Shown here piece by piece: positions 55,020-64,000 of a stretch of 64,000 nucleotides of DNA (positions are counted from its first letter, which is position 1; each line of letters starts with the position of its first letter). Source of the stretch: Lama guanicoe. Taxonomy: Eukaryota. Location of the stretch: positions 2,107,374 through 2,171,373 of the forward strand of contig MU054220.1 in assembly GCA_013239625.1 (NCBI GenBank), given 5' to 3'. A program made the translations under genes and the position numbers. Below the pieces are notes generated by a model. That model was not told the origin of the DNA. It made no database searches and worked only from the letters and a program-made list of their open reading frames with translations.

Positions 55020-55346
55020 TGAATTGTTACATCTTTAATGCCATATTACGAAGAAGTAATAACTAATACTTGGATATAAAGTGAGATACATTCATAGTGG
55101 CCTGTTATGAATTCTAGAAGGCCTTGGCAGAATATCATAAATATTAAAACACTTATAAGAAAATGTTTATTAATCTGTTTTGAAAACCATCTGGATTTCT
55201 TAAACTCCTTTTTCGTTTCTAATCTGGAGTCCTTTGTTCAAATTACCTAGTATAAGTTAGTCGTTCCCCCTACCCCGCCATTAAGAGTAGATAATAATAT
55301 CATTAAATTTTGTTTTGTGTCAAAATACTTTTTTTTTTTTTTTTAG

Positions 55347-55541
<195 letters not shown>

Positions 55542-56218
55542 TAAGTAGTTTCTTTCCAGCTATTCTGGTAAAAACTCCTGTCTGGTGCTACAGGAATTAA
55601 TTTATGTATATTTATGGATCATTGTGCTCAGACAGATAGTCAGATATCTTTTAGAAGATAATCATTTCTTAACTTTCATAGCTTCTTGATTTTTTTTCAT
55701 GTTTTTTATTCAATCTTTATTTGCTCTCAGAAGTTTAAGTGGTACATGAGATTTCTAAAAAGGAGCAAATTAGAAATCAGATCTTGAGTTTTTACCGTAA
55801 GGTTTAATGAGCAAGTAATTTTCCTTTTGAGACTTTTGCATGGAAATTACTCTAAACTAAGAGGGGAAAATCTTTAGTAACTTTTAGAAGAAACTGAGGT
55901 TGGTAGCAAAGGCATCAGAATTTCACTGAAAACATTTGGGCATTACTAAAGTCTTTTTCTACAAAGTTTCCAGTCACATCTTTCTGTCTGTGATCATTAG
56001 GCATTTTTGTCTCTTAGGAGAGATAATGCTAACTAAGCAGTCTCTGTAATTCCTGGCTTATTTGACTTAAGCCGTGGGTTTCTAGTCACCCCAGTCTCCC
56101 ATACCTCATGAACTTGATTTTTCTATTGCTGGTCTTTGTCATTGAAAGGAGCCCTCCAAACCAAAAAAAAAAGGGGGAGTTGGGGGAGCCCTTTCTTTAA
56201 TCCCACAAGAAATAGATA

Positions 56219-56764
56219 CAGCCATCCCTCCGTATCTACAGAGGAATTTGTTAAAGGACAAAAGCCCCCACCCCCACTCCCAAGGCTAGCAAAACTCTCA
56301 AGTCCCTTATATAAAATGGCCTAGTATTTGCATATAACCTACGTACATCCTGCTGTTTACTTTAAATCATCCCTAGTTTATTCTCAATGTCTAATGTAAT
56401 GTAAATGATATGTAAATAATTGTAAATACAATGTAAGTGATGTGTAAATAATTGCTGGTTGTGTGTCAAATTCAAGTTTTGCTTTTTGGAACTTTCTGGA
56501 ATTTTTTTCCCCCAAATTTGCTTTTTAGTTGAAGTATAGTCAATTTACAATGTTGTGTCAATTCCTGGTGTACAGCATAATAGTTCAGCCATACATATAC
56601 ATACATATATTCGTTTTCATATTCTTTTTCATTATAGGTTACTACAAGATACTCAGTATCGTTCCCTGTGCTATACAGTATAAACTTGTTTTTTTCCAAG
56701 TATTTTGTATCAGAATTTAGTTGGATCCATAGATGAGGAACCCACCAATGTGGAGAGCTAACTG
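56219..56764. mobile_element. MER2/Tigger-like DNA transposon relic with a nested minus-strand L1 3' end (about 56503-56690)
   Basis: TA|CAG...CTG|TA termini; internal CAAGTCCCTTATATAAAATGG...TATTTGCATATAACCTAC typical of MER2. Confidence 0.7.
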
Positions 56765-57397
56765 TACTTGACTCCAACCTCAAAATTTATACCAAGAAGG
56801 ACAGTCATTAATTTGACAGTTTTGTTAACCAGCATCACTGAGTTTCCCTTGCCATTCATTAGTGAGACCATCACTTTTAATTTCTTTTTTTTTTCTAGTA
56901 CTAGAAACTTTTGACAAACGCTGGTTTGTAGTACAGGTTATAATTAATTTAGAAGAGACTCAAAGCAATAAAGTTCTGTAAAGTCTTGCCAAGCAGTCAG
57001 GGGCAGCCTTCTGTTATTAAAGGTACATATCCGTCCCTCTGTGGAGAAATTCTCTTGTCCTAAGAAGTGTTTTAAATGATTTTTTGCTTTTTGAAAAATA
57101 TTTTAAGAACTCTATAATCTTATTTTTCTAAAATTTATCTATATATCTAACTGTGCATATAGAAAGATCTGAAAGGATGGATACTAAAAAGTTGAAAGTA
57201 GTTTTCTCTGGGTAGTGGGATTTCAAGGGATTTTTACTTTCTTGTTTAAATTTCCTGTATGTGTAAATAGACACTATGGTTCTGTGTTGTTGTCTGGTGT
57301 GACATGTCTTAAACTTTTATGGTTTGCTTGAGGTTTGTTTTTTTTTAATGTTCTTGAACATATATTTTAAAATCAGACTCATTTACTTTATTTCTAA

Positions 57398-57715
<318 letters not shown>

Positions 57716-60558
57716 TAAGACCTTTTCTTTTAACTGGAATATCTCAATTGAGTTTGGGTTCCTAGTTTAATTAGAAATGAAAACTGCTGGGCTTGATTTG
57801 GCAGGCCACACCAGCCAAGAAAGTGACCTGGAAAAGCTAAAGCCATTCCTCAAGCGTGGCACTTTGTATTCAGTAATTTAACCTTCAAGTGTGTTGCATA
57901 GTTTTTTACCTAAATCTCTTTCTAATGAACATAAGCAGGGGATATTTCTGACCTGATACCAGATTATGAATTGACCTTTTCATAGAAGAGCACTCCTCAG
58001 GGTATTTAAGCACCTCTTTTTCTCTTGTTATCCTCAAGCATAAACTTGTACTTTGAAATGTTGACTAAAGACACAGTTTGTTGGCCAAAACAAACCTTTG
58101 TTTAGATGCTTTTTAAAACAGAAGCAAATGCTGTATGCCTTTAAACAGAAGCATAGCAACAGAAATAGAAAATAACTTGCTCTTATGTAATAAGTTATTT
58201 TCAACCCTAGAATTTCTTGTTGTTTGGCAGTGAAGTTTTTCATGAATGGGATCTCTTTCAGGCACAAGCGGCTGTAATTTTCTATGGAAATCTGAATTAG
58301 ACAAATCACTAGTTTGTCCCGGTTTGGCAGTCCTTCTAATCCAATACCCTGTCCCCAGTACTATCCACGTGAGACACTTTAGAAAGCAGCTCTAGTGAAA
58401 TCCTAAATGTGTGATCTACTGGAGTGAAGATTGTCCCAACTCAGCTCTCTTGTGATTTTCTGTATGACCTGCTTCTTGGAGAATATGTTTTCTTTGGTGT
58501 TTATCATATATGAAAGTATAAACGTTCTTAAATTTTGTTAAACTATCTTCAGTTTGTAAGTCTTTAAACTTTTACATTGTCTTTTGCTTGGTTCATAATG
58601 TTCTTTTATAAAATTTGACTTTCATTTAGATTCCTTTGTGATAACTTTTTCCTTTTTCCTAGCCTACTGTAGTGTAATAGGCATGTATTTTGGTGAGTAA
58701 ATAGTGTGCTCATTCTGTCATCTTAGAAATTTAGTGAATTGACTGCATTATCAAGGCCACTTTTCTTTGTAGATCTTTTCTGTCCTTAATAATGGACTTC
58801 TTAATAAAAACATATACTATATTCTGCCTTCAAATTGGGAATTTCTTATCTGGAATTCTGTAAACTCTGGTTATTTCATTTTTAAGCTGACTTGTAGAAT
58901 AAGCATAGAAAAAGAACAAGTTAGGTATATTCTTATGTCTTCCTTATAGAGGTTGTTGTTTAGTCCCATCCCTGTGTAGTTCTTTATTTGTCCTAGAGCG
59001 TCTCAGAATCTGTGGTGGAACTAGATAGCTATCTGGGATCTTCAAGAATCTTGAGATCAAACTGTTCATTCCTCACTTCCAGAGCTTCCTCAAGCTATCT
59101 ATGTTAGTGATAACTTCAGGAGACCAGAAATGTTCTGTGGCCCCTAAAATGGGCTTCTAGAACTCTTTTTTAAATTTTTTTATAGTAATATGTATAATAT
59201 CAAGATTAGGTTTTGTATCTATTTTCCATGTGGACCTGCTCCATCTGTTTGTTTTTTTAATTTCTTTCAGAAATAGGCCAGGATAGTGAAACAAACCAAC
59301 AAACAAAAATCAGATGAAATAGTAGTAATATAAAGGAGAATTAAGAGATCCCAGGTGTTAGATTCTTCAGACACCATGATAAATATCCCTAAACAGAATG
59401 TTTTATCATCACCATAAGTTATTTTTTCCTTTAGTCTTAAAGGTTTGGTGAGCCAAGTTAGAATATTTTTTTCTATTAAAAGAGATTTTAGAGGAAATCT
59501 TGGAGATCATTTAGTTTATTTTCATGTTATGATAGCTACATTTGAACTATTTACACAACCTGGTGTTTGTTAAATATCACTTTCTAGGGAGAGTATTTTT
59601 ACAGTGTCCTTTAATCTGTTCGTCAGTAGCTATTACTAAAAAATTTTGTTTCTTTTGTGTACATGAGATAAATTTGTGTACATTAGATAATAGATGAATA
59701 ATATTTATGGATCCTTCTACACAATGTCAGTGTTCTTTCATAACTGAATCTCTTGCCCCAGAATTTCTTATTCAGAAATGTTAGCAGTGAACCAGAAAGC
59801 TATATTTGACCAGTTGGGAACTTAAAAATGTAATAAGTGACCGATATATAATGTTAAATACACTACCTTTTTTTTTTTTTAAGAGTCAGCCTTATTTTTT
59901 TTAGAGCAGTTTTAGATTCATAGCAAAATTGAGTGGAAAATACACCCCTGCCCACTTCTCCATGCATATCTTCCGCAACTATTGACGTCTCACACCACTG
60001 TGGTACATTTGTTACTATCAATGAACCTATGTTCGTTGACGATAGTACATCATTGTCACCCAGAATTCATAGTTTACACCAGGGTTCCCTGTACTTCCTT
60101 TTTAAAAGAAGTCAGAATGCTGCTGTTTTCTCCATAGAAAACTGAAGCAAAGAGATTTAAGTCACCTAAGTTACAGTGTGATAGCTTTGAAGTTAGGAAT
60201 GAAGCACACACTGCCAGGATTAGTGATCTCTCAAGTGGTGTGAATCACCATAATTACATAGAAGAGCTAATAAAAGTTTATTAGTAGTAGATTTCACCAT
60301 CTAAGTATTTATAAATTGATTTGTTCATATTTTAAACTTTTATATGTATATACATACATATTTAAGATATTACAGTGTTGGATTTTTCTTACATTTGACT
60401 AATTCCAAGTCTGGTACCTCAAAAGTTAGTTTTAAAATGGTAATATTTTGCATTCTGGGCATTAAATAATATTCTTGGAAAACATCTAAGCATAGATATT
60501 GCTATAAGCTCCTTTTTTCTTTTTTCTTAAAAAAAACTTAACCTATTATCTCTATTAA

Positions 60559-60897
<339 letters not shown>

Positions 60898-61313
60898 TGA
60901 CATTCTGTCCTTACAAATAATTATTTTTCATTCTTAATTTTGAAATCATTGTTTTCAGAGCATACCTGTTTCTGCTGTTACTTTGTCCTCTCAAGTTAAA
61001 TGCTGTGCATTCAGTGATGCCAGTATGTTAAGTGTTGAATCTACAGCAGTTTACGAGATCCTTTTACAATACTGTTGGGTGGCAGGACTTAATATCCATT
61101 TATACAAAATGCATTCTGTCTGTTTTTTTAATTTGAATTGGTATTGGAGACATTATATGTGCAAATATATCTGAATTCATTAACTAATGAGAGTGTTCTA
61201 AAAAATGTATATAATGATACACGTAAATAAGAAATAGGGTTGCGATATATTTGTAAATATAAATATGTTCTCTAATAGCAGAGATATAGATATATTTTTA
61301 AAATATTTTATGA

Positions 61314-61828
<515 letters not shown>

Positions 61829-62148
61829 TAAATAATCACTTGAATATAATTAGAGAATGCTCTGCTAACCCTTTTCCTGGTGCACCCTCTTGCACCCCGT
61901 ATCTTCCCTAATGAAGTGAGTCAGACGTTTCTTCTTTGTTCCCATACTGCCTTGTATATGTACCCACTTGAGCACGTTTTTTCACGTCTTGCCAGAAACT
62001 CAGACATTATTTTTCACTTATCCTCTTTTCCTCATTGTCTCTAGTTTTTACCTTTAAGTATCTGTCGAATTCATCCCCCTTTCTCCATCCCTAGGGTTTC
62101 TTTCTCTACCCCATGGTATCTCTCTCTTTCTTTTTTCTTTCTTTATAC

Positions 62149-62362
62149 CCCAGGCTTTCTTCGCCTTGGCACTGCTGACCTTTTTTGCCAGGTATTTCTT
62201 TATTTTAAGGGGTTGTCTTGTGCCTTGTAGGATGTTTAGCAGCATCTCTGACCTTTCCCCCACCAGATATTAGCAATATCATTCCTCCAAATCATGACAA
62301 TCAAAAATGTCTCTGGACTTTGCCAAATGTACCCCAAGACAAAATTATCACCAGTTTAGAAA
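62149..62362. mobile_element. MER20-like hAT transposon relic
   Basis: TGTAGGATGTTTAGCAGCATC...TGACAATCAAAAATGTCTCTGGAC..TGCCAAATGT. Confidence 0.7.
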
Positions 62363-63550
62363 GTCTTATCCCAACCGCTACAATCAGCTCTTGCCTTATA
62401 TGCTGCAGTAGTCTTCTTGCAAGACTCCCAGTAGGCTCTTGTCTCCTTCCCATCATATTCTACAATATAGAGGTGTCATTTTTGAAAATGTAAATCTTCC
62501 CATATTATTGCCTCATTAAAATCCTTCAGTGGCTTTCATGAGTTTTAAGATGATGTCTGAAATCATACTGTAGCCATTGAGGTCATCTGTGGCACCTTTC
62601 AGGCCCTTGCTTACCTTCCAGCCATGTCTCTAATTGCTCTCACTCTCCCTACTCCAGTCATAATGAACTTCTCCTAGTATCAAATGCGCCAAACTTTTAT
62701 TCCCCACCTAACTAAACTCTGGGCCTTAACATACGCTGTTCTTTCTGCTTTATAACATTCTTCTACCCACATTTACCTCATACTATCTCTTCATCCTCTA
62801 GATCTCACCTTAAGCATCACTTTTGAGGGTAGATCTTACCTGACAGCCTAAATTGGCGTAAGTCCTCTTGCTGTATTACCAAAGCAGCTTGTACTTCTGC
62901 TTTCACAGTGATCATGACTTGGTAGTTATTTGTTGAAGATCTTCCTATCTCTGCTTTCAGCTCCTTCAGTATCTTCTTATATTCTCATTAACAAATAAAT
63001 ATTTGATAAACTGAATTGAACTATTTTCTCCTCCAAGGTGATGGGTTTGTCATCTTCTTTGTATCCTCAGTTCTTTTAAACCATGGGTATTCAAGTTATT
63101 GAATGATTGCTTGATTTCTGGTGAAGCATACTCTACTTTATGGCCACAAAACAGAAGGATTAGTATTATACCTACAACCTGGAAAACTAATATCCAGATT
63201 AGAACAATTTTGGTTGTTGATTGTATGATTGTTCTTTTCTGGTCTTTCTAATGTTGTCAATGTGGAAATTCCTCTCTCCAGTAGTTGTGCCACTGTGAGA
63301 TATGCTAGAAATGCTTTGCATCAATGTTTTCTGTTTAGAGCATTCTTAACGTTTACCTAGAAAATGAGAAGGGAAAGTCTATGGCACCTCATTCTGTTTA
63401 CTTATTGTAGAACATTAGGGTTATGAAATGCTATAAAAATACTTCTATATATGAACAAAATTTTGTGTATATGAATAAAGCATTCTGATTGGCTACCCAG
63501 TTTTGTAATTTTGATTTCTAACTAGTTTTAGAAAGTTTCTGAGAACAAAT

Positions 63551-63594
63551 TATCTATCTATCTATCTATCTGTCTATCTATCTATCTGTCTATC
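63551..63594. repeat. Interrupted (TATC)n tetranucleotide microsatellite
   Basis: 11 units of TATC/TGTC read directly. Confidence 0.9.
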
Positions 63595-63682
63595 TTGGAA
63601 TTAGTAGCAAGCAAGAAATAGACTTTTATTTTGCTTTCTTATTTTCTATTCTACAAGTGACTCATATTATGTCTACTTGTAG

Positions 63683-63895
<213 letters not shown>

Positions 63896-64000
63896 TAGGG
63901 AACACTATTAACGATTTTTTAATTATAGGCATTTTTCAAGGATTATTTAAAATGATTGTCCTAGGTTAGTTTAGAGGTATTGATTTTCAATCTTTGTTTA

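Overview
Mammalian genomic DNA with two spliced genes in tandem on the + strand. (1) The 3' half of LRP4: 16 coding exons, 393-15672, matching human exons 23-38. They encode YWTD beta-propellers 3 and 4, EGF repeats, an O-glycosylation stalk, the TM helix, the NPSY motif and the C-terminal ESQV PDZ ligand, followed by a ~2.2 kb 3' UTR. (2) The 5' end of CKAP5 (ch-TOG/XMAP215): CpG-island promoter and non-coding exon 1 near 24.3-24.5 kb, a ~30 kb repeat-rich intron 1, and coding exons 2-8 (54804-63796; TOG1 and start of TOG2) running off the window. All exons were joined by hand with GT-AG boundaries and a continuous frame. The rest is ordinary interspersed repeats (L1, L2, MIR, MLT1, MER2/MER20-like) plus five copies of a tRNA-derived SINE that resembles the camelid family, so the source is probably alpaca/llama/camel (inference). 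I see no prokaryote-type system, CRISPR array or new protein-coding gene. The best leads are regulatory: an internal CpG-rich promoter/alternative first exon in CKAP5 intron 1 that shares a 16-bp motif with the main promoter, an unexplained splice-signal cluster in the last LRP4 intron, and a poly(A)-only retrotransposition scar with a perfect 15-bp TSD. Repeat family names and human comparisons are from recognition/memory, not database searches.
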